Part shown: piece by piece, positions 1-8,220 of the stretch | How the letters are laid out: every line of letters begins with the position of its first letter | Numbering within the stretch: position 1 is the first letter of the stretch | Assembly: GCA_963624265.1 (NCBI GenBank) | Contig: CAVFPF010000063.1 | Location: 17,059 to 81,058 of the forward strand | DNA: 64,000 bases | Source of the DNA: a bacterium | GTDB lineage: Bacteria > Bacteroidota > Bacteroidia > Bacteroidales > UBA3663 | Reading direction: 5' to 3' | Notes under the pieces: generated by a model | Told to the model about the DNA's origin: nothing | Databases searched by the model: none | The model's input: the letters and a program-made list of their open reading frames with translations, nothing else | Made by a program: the position numbers and the translations under genes

Positions 1-486
1 AAATCGCCCTAACCACAGACAAAGCATAGGATGTCGGGTGGTGTGCGTTTGCAAAAGACGCTTAGCCGTATTGTAATCACACATAGGAACAGACGCAGAG
101 GGCATGTCTTCCCGAGAATGCATCCACACCGTACGGCCGCAGACAATGGGGCACTGCGGATGACGATTGATTGTAGTGACAAAAGTATCAAGGGCTTCTG
201 GCAACAACTCATCGTCCGCATCAAGGAAGACTATCCACTCGCCCTTAGCCGCTCGAATACCGGCATTGCGGGCCGACGACACACCTCCGTTGTCCTTATG
301 GAGACATACGAACCGCGCATCTGTGGCCGCATAAGCATCGGCCAAACTCCCGCTGCCGTCCGTCGAACCGTCATCAATCACAATGCATTGCCACTCTCCC
401 TGCCACGTCTGGGCACAGACAGAGTCAAGGGTGCGCTTCACGCGGTCGGCCTTGTTGTAGAGCGGTATGACGATGGAGAATTTCAT
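1..486 (-). CDS. Glycosyltransferase family 2, partial; the C-terminus lies beyond the left window edge
   Basis: My manual reverse translation from the ATG at 486 gives MKFSIVIPLYNKADRVKRTLDSVCAQTW...VIDDGSTDGS...FLDADD. This is a classic GT2 N-terminus with a DxD motif. The frame stays open to position 1. The ORF is missing from the track, apparently because there is no stop codon in the window. Confidence 0.8.
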   Translation of the reverse strand, partial: MKFSIVIPLYNKADRVKRTLDSVCAQTWQGEWQCIVIDDGSTDGSGSLADAYAATDARFVCLHKDNGGVSSARNAGIRAAKGEWIVFLDADDELLPEALDTFVTTINRHPQCPIVCGRTVWMHSREDMPSASVPMCDYNTAKRLLQTHTTRHPMLCLWLGRF

Positions 487-539
487 AGTCGGATTGGTTC
501 GGAACATTCGGTTACAAAGACACACAAGTATTCCTTCAC

Positions 540-1175
540 TCACTCACCGGAAAGGGGATTGTCTTTTGTCTTAACCACACGACATGGCACGCCGGCAGCA
601 ACGCTCCCTGCAGGAATATCATGGGTCACCACACTACCGGCTCCAATGACACTACCCGCCCCGATGTGTACGCCTTTCAAGACGATACAATGCATGCCAA
701 TGAAAACCCCGTCATCAATACGAACAGGACGACTATCGGTACATAAGCGATCTTGATGTCCATCAGTATCACCAATCAGAGTATCAGTTCCGACCATCAC
801 TCCCTGCCCTATACTGACCTCTGTATCTGCCACGATGCTGACACCCGAGAAACCGCAACAATCGCCGATGGTGATCGAAGCCTGGTCTGTCCTCGTCTGC
901 AGCACGCACGGATGGGAAATGCCCCGCCCGTTGAAGAGAGTAAGCGAGTTGAATATACAGTTGCGGCCAATACGGATTGTGGAGTGCTTGAACCGTTCAA
1001 GTCGCGTATAGCCGTTGAAGCGCACCCCTTGCCCGCAGTCCACTCCATATAGTGAGGCTGTGAGCCGCATACGCGCAGTCCAATAACTGCCGGCCACGGC
1101 TCTCTCTATGGCATGAACCATGGCGGCAAGTTCGGCCCTTATATCAGCCTTGCGAAGTTTGGACAAAGGTCTCAT
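540..1175 (-). CDS. Hexapeptide-repeat (left-handed beta-helix) acetyltransferase, probably a sugar O-acetyltransferase
   Basis: The 211-aa ORF has repeated [LIV]G-x4 hexapeptide turns (IGDCCGFSGVSIVADTEVSIGQGVMVGTDTLIG...VFIGMHCIVLKGVHIGAGSVIGAGSVV). It is packed inside a glycosyltransferase operon. Confidence 0.8.
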   Translation of the reverse strand: MRPLSKLRKADIRAELAAMVHAIERAVAGSYWTARMRLTASLYGVDCGQGVRFNGYTRLERFKHSTIRIGRNCIFNSLTLFNGRGISHPCVLQTRTDQASITIGDCCGFSGVSIVADTEVSIGQGVMVGTDTLIGDTDGHQDRLCTDSRPVRIDDGVFIGMHCIVLKGVHIGAGSVIGAGSVVTHDIPAGSVAAGVPCRVVKTKDNPLSGE

Positions 1176-1187
1176 CGTATATTGTGT

Positions 1188-2009
1188 TTATTGGGCATCA
1201 AGCGAAAGTGAATGGTTGTCGGACGGCTTTCCGTCATCTTCGGGCAGGACCTTTACGACCTCAAGTTCCACCCCTCCTATTGCAGCAGCAGTGTCTGTAA
1301 ACGACGACTGATAACTGCCGATGATTCTGTCGCACCGTGACAATAGCCACAAGTCAGCGAGAGCATCAGCAATAGCCTGCGGATTGTTGCGGTCGAGACT
1401 GTGTTTGGGACGGACGAGGATGCGTCCAGGCAACGACCGGGTAAGGGCACTCTCGTCAGAAGGATTGTCGGTGGCGAGAAAGAAGCGTGTCTGCGGATTT
1501 TGCTCCACTGCTTTTCTCATACGCTGCTCAAAGGCCTCCGTCGGCGAATATTGCCAGGACAGGCTGTGATCGGACCGACGGATATGCACCCCTATGCAAC
1601 CGCTGACATCTAGAGAAGGTATCTGCTTGGGATGAAACATCGAGAAGTCAGGGCTCAACGTAATGTTCTCACAAGTATGCACTAGCAAGTGGCGCTGACT
1701 ACGGAGCATAGACAAACTGTCACCGATATGCTTCTTGCCGTAAGTATTGGCCCAAACATCGCCTATTATGAGACCTGGCCAATGGCGCTCAAGGAAATCT
1801 ATGCCACGCGCCACACGCCTACGTCCTTGCAAGTCGACGACACGGGCCGGAAAGCCTTCGAACAGACTGCGGAAGCTGGCATTCAAGTCAGGCGCGGTCA
1901 CCCAAATGAAGACGGGACGTTGTCCTGTCTTGCGGGCAAGGTCAAGCACTCCGGCCATGGTACGCATGCGGTTGCAAAGACCTCCGTATGTAAGCAGACA
2001 AAGAAGCAT
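1188..2009 (-). CDS. Putative glycosyltransferase of the fucosyltransferase-like (GT11/GT23-type) superfamily
   Basis: The 273-aa ORF has an N-terminal GGLCNRMR (compare GGLGNQ in GT11), GVHIRRSDH (compare HVRRGDY), FLATDN, and a C-terminal LLSRCDRIIGSYQSSF. The family assignment rests on these motifs only. Confidence 0.45.
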   Translation of the reverse strand: MLLCLLTYGGLCNRMRTMAGVLDLARKTGQRPVFIWVTAPDLNASFRSLFEGFPARVVDLQGRRRVARGIDFLERHWPGLIIGDVWANTYGKKHIGDSLSMLRSQRHLLVHTCENITLSPDFSMFHPKQIPSLDVSGCIGVHIRRSDHSLSWQYSPTEAFEQRMRKAVEQNPQTRFFLATDNPSDESALTRSLPGRILVRPKHSLDRNNPQAIADALADLWLLSRCDRIIGSYQSSFTDTAAAIGGVELEVVKVLPEDDGKPSDNHSLSLDAQ

Positions 2010-2019
2010 AGTACAGTTA

Positions 2020-3030
2020 TTACAAATGCTTTCGGATTTGATCCTTCAGTCGGCCGAGACGGATGCGCAACCGGTCGAATGCAGATGGGGAGACACTTGC
2101 GAGCCAAGATTCATAGAACTGACGCCGGAGAGCGATGCGGCTGAAACTGAACTGGGAACGACGTATGGCATCCGGCAACGGTTGGTCGGCGATATGGTCC
2201 GCCCAAGCCACGGCTTTGGCATAGACAACTTCGTAGCTGTCACGCTCCGGACAGACGAGCGGTGAGGCACTCAACATAGCCAAATAAGCGTCACTGTCGG
2301 TGTCAAGACGGCGCACCTCATCTGCCAATTGGGCATACGAGGCAAAGTCTGCTGCACGAACGAATGCGGCGGGGTTGAAGACGCGCGTCACCTCGGGGTC
2401 TCCCCAATAGATAGGCACACAACCGGAAGCAAATGCCTCGACCAGTTTTTCGGTGGTGTAGCCCGGATGAACAGAATTTTCGGCTGCGAGGGCGAACTTA
2501 TATCCGCTCTGGAACTGTATCTTGTCCGGCACAGGACCGCCCACATTGTTGTTCCATCGGCCGCCGCTGTCCACTGTCTTGTATTGGCACAAAGCCCGAT
2601 AGATACGTTGCCGTTCGGTCTCCCGTCCGACAGGCTCTGCACTTATCACCATGGCACAGAAACGTCTCTGCAGTGCTTCTTCCGCCGACAACTGCGGACG
2701 ATGTTCCATACGGAGCGTTGCATTCACCCCGAATGGAGTGCAGTAATAATTGGGAAGGCGGATATAGCGGTCGCCATAGTCAAGGTACTCGAACCCGATG
2801 GCATAGTCAGCCATATTGAAGTCCGGACATATATTCTCGCCCGTGTAGAAGACCTTCACACAGCGGTCAGGCACATACAAGTGGCTTTGCCCAAAGATAG
2901 AGAAAACAACAATGTCGGCTTGTGCTGGGTCGTCGACAATCTCTACCTTATGGTGTTCCCGCAAGGCGCGTGTAAAGATAAAACCTTCACGGTCAAAATG
3001 CTGCCAGAAATCGCAGAAGAAGAGTTTCAT
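2020..3030 (-). CDS. Alpha-1,3/4-fucosyltransferase, GT10 family
   Basis: The 336-aa ORF has YKFALAAENSVHPGYTTEKLVEAFASGCVPIYWGD, which matches the conserved GT10 FucT motifs. It also has the N-terminal FFCDFW and YTGEN segments typical of bacterial FucTs. Confidence 0.8.
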   Translation of the reverse strand: MKLFFCDFWQHFDREGFIFTRALREHHKVEIVDDPAQADIVVFSIFGQSHLYVPDRCVKVFYTGENICPDFNMADYAIGFEYLDYGDRYIRLPNYYCTPFGVNATLRMEHRPQLSAEEALQRRFCAMVISAEPVGRETERQRIYRALCQYKTVDSGGRWNNNVGGPVPDKIQFQSGYKFALAAENSVHPGYTTEKLVEAFASGCVPIYWGDPEVTRVFNPAAFVRAADFASYAQLADEVRRLDTDSDAYLAMLSASPLVCPERDSYEVVYAKAVAWADHIADQPLPDAIRRSQFSFSRIALRRQFYESWLASVSPSAFDRLRIRLGRLKDQIRKHL

Positions 3031-3096
3031 GTATTATACATTGCCGTTCGCTAGCCAAAATATTCTATATAACGTAAACATCCAGGACGTCCGCTC

Positions 3097-3870
3097 CTAT
3101 AGTAGCAGCCGCCACTTCAGGTATTCCTTCCACCAATGGAGCGAGCGGTGCGCGGACTGGATGCGGAGATATTCGCCTCGCACCTTATGGGCATTGCGGG
3201 GGTCGGACGTGAGACTGCCGGACTTGCGGTAGCGGGCTATCGGGAAATCAAGAATCAGGAAAGTCTCCGTTCCGACAGCGTAGTAGATTTCGTAGAGGAC
3301 CTTATAGTCGGCTGCAAAAGTATAAGTCGTATCGAAGGCGAATGTTTCCGGCTTACAGCGCACGAAAGTAGACTGATGGGAAAAGGGCAACCGAAAAGGA
3401 ACGACATGGGCAGGCTCAGCATAATGCTCGACTACATGGCCATCCGCAAATACATTCGTCGTGCCGCCGCCTATGACGCTGATGGCCTGTGGGTTGCCGC
3501 ATGTCAGAAGCGCTCCTCGCGGTCCGAACACACTCTCCAGCACTCCACTCGACGCAAAAGTGTCGCCGGCATTCATGAAGTTGACCCACTCTCCCGTGAC
3601 CCTCTTGAGGCCTTTATTCATGGCATCATAGATACCCTGGTCCGGTGCGCTGACATAAGTCAGGCGGTCGGGATAGCGCTGTGCATAACGCTCCAGCAAA
3701 TCTACAGTACCATCGGTCGAAGCTCCGTCAATGACGATGTATTCAACATCGGCGTACGTCTGGCCGAGCACGGAGAGCATCGTCTCCTCCAGTTGAGGGC
3801 AGGCATTGCGGCACACTGTGACAACACTGACTTTCATACCGGTGCTAGGTTCAATAGGTGCCGAGGTCAT
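3097..3870 (-). CDS. Glycosyltransferase family 2
   Basis: MKVSVVTVCRNACPQLEETMLSVLGQTYADVEYIVIDGASTDGT...YDAMNKG...NAGD. The likely true start is the internal Met at 3837, which would remove the overlap with the upstream gene. Confidence 0.8.
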   Translation of the reverse strand: MTSAPIEPSTGMKVSVVTVCRNACPQLEETMLSVLGQTYADVEYIVIDGASTDGTVDLLERYAQRYPDRLTYVSAPDQGIYDAMNKGLKRVTGEWVNFMNAGDTFASSGVLESVFGPRGALLTCGNPQAISVIGGGTTNVFADGHVVEHYAEPAHVVPFRLPFSHQSTFVRCKPETFAFDTTYTFAADYKVLYEIYYAVGTETFLILDFPIARYRKSGSLTSDPRNAHKVRGEYLRIQSAHRSLHWWKEYLKWRLLL

Positions 3871-4792
3871 AAATGTGCGAATAGTCGAAGCCCTGAGAGA
3901 AGAGCATCACACAAATGCTGCCACTAGTGCGTCCGGCTACGAAGCCATTGCAGCAAGCCAACATGCACATCGAGACAAGATAGGCCATACCATGGTCGAG
4001 CTTGGCCTGTTGCTCGGCAGGCAGCTGGCGGTTTATCCACGAGTGACCGTCGTAGTCAAGAAACGAAGTGTCGGAAGTGAAGAGGAGCGAGCCGAAAGCT
4101 TCCTCAAACTTGCGGTAGGCGGCAGCATCCTCGGTCGCAAGAAAAACCCGGTCATACCGACCCTCGTCAAGCAGATGGCGGGCTTCGGCTATGAGCATCT
4201 CCGGCGAAGGCTGAACGGGATGGTCTGCCAAACGGCGTGCGGTATAGTCAGTACCCCGGCACTGAATGCCGAGCACCCGTTCACCGGGACGGAAGAGAGA
4301 TTCGCGTGCAGCATGTGCGGTCTCCAAAGCCCTGCGGCTAAGGCGCATATAACGGGCGCCATAGGCCCGCCACATGCGGTGAGTGACACTATTCGGATCA
4401 AAGCATTCCCAGTCCCACCATGGCATTTTGAGCTGACCGGCGCGTTGCGGGTCGGTAGTGTCGAACACATGCGGTTGCTCAAGACTGTCGTCGACATCAC
4501 AAAGACTGAGGCCTGCGGGCTGTTCGAAGTAATATTCCCACGCATTGAACTGCCCGAGGCGGGTAGCACTCAGATAGGTGTTGGGGAAAGTCTGGAGGTC
4601 GATGACGGGCGTCAGATGACAACGATGTGTGTAACGCACGAAACCCATCGTCTGTACCACGTAGGAGAAGAGTCCGGGAGCGCCGGCTTTAGGACGGAAG
4701 ATGCAGGGCCGCCCTCCGTCAGGCCATCCGACACGCTGCAGCTCGAGCCACTTGAGGCCGTCTTTGGCCATGTGTTTCAACAGGTTTGTCAT
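3851..4792 (-). CDS. Hypothetical protein, possibly a second fucosyltransferase-like glycosyltransferase
   Basis: The 313-aa ORF sits in the operon. LGIQCRGTDY, RVFLATED and a C-terminal CCNGFVAGRTSGS appear in the same order as the HxRRxD / FLATD / IGxxxSxF blocks of the 1188-2009 product. Coding status is well supported; function is weakly supported. Confidence 0.5.
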   Translation of the reverse strand: MTNLLKHMAKDGLKWLELQRVGWPDGGRPCIFRPKAGAPGLFSYVVQTMGFVRYTHRCHLTPVIDLQTFPNTYLSATRLGQFNAWEYYFEQPAGLSLCDVDDSLEQPHVFDTTDPQRAGQLKMPWWDWECFDPNSVTHRMWRAYGARYMRLSRRALETAHAARESLFRPGERVLGIQCRGTDYTARRLADHPVQPSPEMLIAEARHLLDEGRYDRVFLATEDAAAYRKFEEAFGSLLFTSDTSFLDYDGHSWINRQLPAEQQAKLDHGMAYLVSMCMLACCNGFVAGRTSGSICVMLFSQGFDYSHIYDLGTY

Positions 4793-4798
4793 AAGGAT

Positions 4799-5770
4799 TC
4801 AGCAGAGATAATATTTGTGGAACTTGCAATAAGCCGCAAAACCGATGCAAGCTGGCAATCGGTAGTGAAAAGAGGCTTTCGAACAAGCCGGATGCGGCAC
4901 GACTCGACGTATGATGCCGTAGAGGCGGCGTAACTTCCGGCGGTCTGCCCATTTGGCTGTCATTGTGAAGAAAAGCGCCTTCTGACGTTCCAATTCACCG
5001 ACATAACGGGCTCGTTTCTCCTTAGGCAAGCCCGCAATGATTCGGCCGTATTCGGTCAGAATGCAGCACCAGGCTTCGTAGTGAATGTCATGATTCGGAC
5101 AAGTCTGCAACGAACCGGGACGGACGCGATAGAGGTAAGTAACCTCACCAACGCTGACCACCCGCGGTTCACTGACCATAAGGGCAAAACGCCAGGGATT
5201 GTCCTCATGAATAAGCCCCTCGACAAACCGCAACTTGCGAGCTTCGATAAAATCGCGACGGATGAGTTTGTTCCACGCCATGACATAGGGCTCATTGTGC
5301 ACTTCTACAACGGATGGGGTTTCGTCAGCAAACTGCCCATAACCTCCATAGGCAATGTCTGCACCATTGCTTTCCGCGGCGCGAAAGAGGGCTTCCAGAC
5401 AAGACGGTGCAAGCCTATCATCACTGTCTACAAACAAGACATAGCGGCCACGGGCCGACTGCAGACCGGTATTGCGGGCGGCACTCAAACCCCGGTTATG
5501 GTCGTGCTGCAACAAGCTGCCTTCCATATTGGAGGGCATTTGTGCAAGCAAATGCTGCGCCAAAGTCTCAGAACCGTCAGTCGAGGCGTCGTTGACCACA
5601 AGCACCTCACATGGGCCATCGAAGGTCTGTCGGGCAATGCTGAGCAGACATTCTTCTACGTACGACCTGACATTATAGAGGGGAACAATGATGGAGATGA
5701 GCATGGTATTCTGACCGGACGGCATAAAGGCTCCGCCACGCCTGTCACAGACGGCGCTATAAGGATGCAT
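4799..5770 (-). CDS. Glycosyltransferase family 2; first gene of the minus-strand glycan operon
   Basis: MLISIIVPLYNVRSYVEECLLSIARQTFDGPCEVLVVNDASTDGS...FVDSDD. The probable true start is the Met at 5704; the ORF track extends to 5770. Confidence 0.8.
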   Translation of the reverse strand: MHPYSAVCDRRGGAFMPSGQNTMLISIIVPLYNVRSYVEECLLSIARQTFDGPCEVLVVNDASTDGSETLAQHLLAQMPSNMEGSLLQHDHNRGLSAARNTGLQSARGRYVLFVDSDDRLAPSCLEALFRAAESNGADIAYGGYGQFADETPSVVEVHNEPYVMAWNKLIRRDFIEARKLRFVEGLIHEDNPWRFALMVSEPRVVSVGEVTYLYRVRPGSLQTCPNHDIHYEAWCCILTEYGRIIAGLPKEKRARYVGELERQKALFFTMTAKWADRRKLRRLYGIIRRVVPHPACSKASFHYRLPACIGFAAYCKFHKYYLC

Positions 5771-5854
5771 GCCTCAACGGGCAAAGCGAAGGGACGTGCC
5801 AAAGGGATTCGGTCATGAACAAAAAGCCCGACATTGCGCGTCTGTGTATGGGGA

Positions 5855-5862
5855 CAAAGATA
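5855..5862 (-). promoter_or_regulatory. Candidate Bacteroidetes -7 box (TATCTTTG on the minus strand) for the glycan operon
   Basis: The plus strand reads caaagata, which is TAnnTTTG on the minus strand. It lies about 90-150 nt upstream of the candidate start codons. Confidence 0.4.
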
Positions 5863-6068
5863 CATATTTAAAAGGAATGTATCAAGGTTTTGGACAAAAA
5901 TCTTGGGTTTTCGCAGCGAAATCGGCCTATTTGGGCGGAAAAATCGTCAAAACAGAGGTCTTTTCCGGCCGCTTGGCCTGCCTTACAGGGTCAATGCCGC
6001 GGCAAAAGCGAGACAGATAAAGCCATAGACTGTCCGGATTTGGCCGTATAGTTAAGGAAAAAGTCCTA

Positions 6069-6134
6069 TCCAACTGGCCAGCAAAATTTTTCCAACTGGT
6101 TTTCAAAAAAAATCCAACTGGCGTGCAATAGAGC
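6069..6134. repeat. Three direct copies of TCCAACTGG phased at exactly 22 bp
   Basis: TCCAACTGG occurs at 6069-6077, 6091-6099 and 6113-6121. The first two copies are each followed by an A/T-rich spacer (ccagcaaaatttt, ttttcaaaaaaaa); the third spacer (cgtgcaatagagc) is not A/T-rich. Confidence 0.8.
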
Positions 6135-6373
6135 CTCGCGCGGCTTCGGACAAACGAACATTTCAGCAAATGCAATTTGCGACTTCTTTTTTCGATTCCT
6201 AGATTAAGTTACCCACACGAATCAACACAGACCCACTTCTTTTCCCATCCTATAACACAAGGCAAGGTCAGAATATACAGAACTGAAAAAACAGAAAAGT
6301 TCAATTAAAATATGCAAACACTATAGCTATTTTTGTTAATAATTGTTTAGAAAAAGGCGAAAACGCACAAAAA

Positions 6374-8101
6374 ATGTATAATTTTATTGAAAAACTTTTT
6401 GAGTTATATGAGAATTGTCTACCTTTGCACCGCAAAATTTTAAGAAAATTGAAAAAGAAATCCCTTATTCCTGATTTTTTGTTTGAGGTCAGTTGGGAGG
6501 TGTGTAATAAGGTAGGCGGCATCTATGCCGTCCTGTCGACCAAAGCCGCAACTCTGAAAAATGAAATAGGAGACGGACTCGTATTCATCGGTCCGGACCT
6601 TTGGCACGACACCGAATCCCCTTTCTTTGACCCGCAACCATCGCCCACACTGGCCGAATGGGCAGAATGTGCCCGCACACAGAACCTAAAAGTACGTGCG
6701 GGCCGCTGGAAGGTACCCGGACAACCGCAAGTTGTTCTGGTCGATTTCCGTCCTTTCTATGCCGTCAAGAATGCCGTGTATGGACAAATGTGGGAATGGT
6801 ATGGTGTGAACTCGCTGGCCGCTTATGGCGACTATGATGAGGCTTGTGCGTTTGCCTATGCATCGGCACGGGTCATCGAGAGCCTATACCGGCATCTCTG
6901 CCCTCAGCGCAGCCAAGTCGTGGCGCATTTCAATGAGTGGACGACAGGCATGGGTCTGCTCTATCTGCACCACACGCTGCCTTCTGTTGCAACCGTGTTC
7001 ACTACTCACGCCACATGCGTGGGCCGCAGCATAGCCGGCAACCACAAGCCACTCTACGACCAGTTGCAGAACTACAATGGCGACCAAATGGCAGAAGAAC
7101 TAAATATGGTCAGCAAACACAGTGTGGAGAAACATGCGGCGCAAATGGCCGACTGCTTCACTACCGTGAGCGACATCACTGCAGCCGAATGTAACCGCCT
7201 GTTGGAACGTGACCCTGTGGTTACGCCCAATGGCTTCGAGGAGGACTTTGTTCCCCGCGGAGTTGCATTCGGCCGGACCCGCAGGGAAAGTCGCGCTGCA
7301 TTCAGCCGTCTCGTGGAGTGCCTGACTGGCCATAAGCCGTCTGACGATGCTTTGTTTGTCGGTACAGCCGGACGTTGCGAATTCAAGAACAAAGGCATCG
7401 ACGTATTCCTCGACACGTTGTCCCGGTTGCGCAGTCGTGACTTCAACCGCGAGATTATAGCCTTCATCATGATTCCGGGCTGGGTGCAGGAAGCACGTGC
7501 CGACGTGCGCCAACGCTATCAGAGCAATGCTTCGTTCCCTTCTGCAGTAAGCGACCCCGTGTTCACGCATGCTGTCTACAACTATTTTGACGATGCCATC
7601 CTCTCGCGCATCCACCAACTGCAGTTTGCCAACAATCCATCTGACCGCGTCAAGGTAGTCTACATCCCATGCTATCTGAACGGCAACGACGGGTTGCTCA
7701 ACCGCGACTATTACTCAATGTTGGCAGGACTTGACCTGACGATCTATCCTTCCTACTACGAGCCATGGGGCTACACGCCCATGGAGTCGGTGGCCTTCGG
7801 AGTACCGACAGTGACGACCAGCCTGTCTGGATTCGGCATGTGGTGCCGCAGCATCGGCAAGCAGGAATTGAAGGACGGCGCAGTCGTCGTACACCGCACG
7901 GACTCGAACTACGATGAGGTTGTCAACCGTATTGCCGATGTTATAATCGAATGTACGACAACCGACACGGCCGACATGAAGCAGATACGTCGCGAGGCCC
8001 GCAAACTGGCCGGTCGCGCAGTGTGGACCAACTTCATCCGCTACTACGACGAAGCCTATGATATGGCACTTCGCAAAGTACAGACCCGTATAAAAGGCTA
8101 A
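6374..8101 (+). CDS. Glycogen synthase, GT3 (eukaryote-like) type
   Basis: The FEVSWEVCNKVGGIYAVLSTKA signature is near the N-terminus, and the length and C-terminal PSYYEPWGYTPMES motif fit. The start is uncertain: ATG at 6374 or in-frame TTG at 6449. Confidence 0.85.
   Translation: MYNFIEKLFELYENCLPLHRKILRKLKKKSLIPDFLFEVSWEVCNKVGGIYAVLSTKAATLKNEIGDGLVFIGPDLWHDTESPFFDPQPSPTLAEWAECARTQNLKVRAGRWKVPGQPQVVLVDFRPFYAVKNAVYGQMWEWYGVNSLAAYGDYDEACAFAYASARVIESLYRHLCPQRSQVVAHFNEWTTGMGLLYLHHTLPSVATVFTTHATCVGRSIAGNHKPLYDQLQNYNGDQMAEELNMVSKHSVEKHAAQMADCFTTVSDITAAECNRLLERDPVVTPNGFEEDFVPRGVAFGRTRRESRAAFSRLVECLTGHKPSDDALFVGTAGRCEFKNKGIDVFLDTLSRLRSRDFNREIIAFIMIPGWVQEARADVRQRYQSNASFPSAVSDPVFTHAVYNYFDDAILSRIHQLQFANNPSDRVKVVYIPCYLNGNDGLLNRDYYSMLAGLDLTIYPSYYEPWGYTPMESVAFGVPTVTTSLSGFGMWCRSIGKQELKDGAVVVHRTDSNYDEVVNRIADVIIECTTTDTADMKQIRREARKLAGRAVWTNFIRYYDEAYDMALRKVQTRIKG
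6420..6427 (+). promoter_or_regulatory. Candidate -7 box TACCTTTG for the glycogen synthase gene; an alternative box, TATTTTTG, is at 6328-6335
   Basis: tacctttgcac is a textbook Bacteroidetes -7 context. It lies inside the 5' end of the track ORF, which suggests a later start (TTG at 6449). Confidence 0.4.
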
Positions 8102-8108
8102 CACTATA

Positions 8109-8116
8109 TACCTTTG
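8109..8116 (+). promoter_or_regulatory. Candidate -7 box TACCTTTG upstream of the phosphorylase gene
   Basis: tatatacctttgtat lies immediately after the glycogen synthase stop codon and about 105 nt before the ATG at 8221. Confidence 0.4.
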
Positions 8117-8220
8117 TATTTAAAAGGCTGCATAGGCTGCCTGAAGAGGACAGCCCTTCGAATGAAAATCAGACAAAATCCCTTTAGTAATTCTATTATT
8201 CACCAAATAAACATTTTGAC

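Noticed and set aside
5771-6373. A possible invertible (phase-variable) promoter upstream of the glycan operon, and likewise at 29432-29669 upstream of wza.
   Set aside because: I looked for a pair of inverted repeats bracketing a promoter box and found none. I saw only small local hairpins (for example gcaaat/atttgc at 6166-6180), and no recombinase gene lies nearby.
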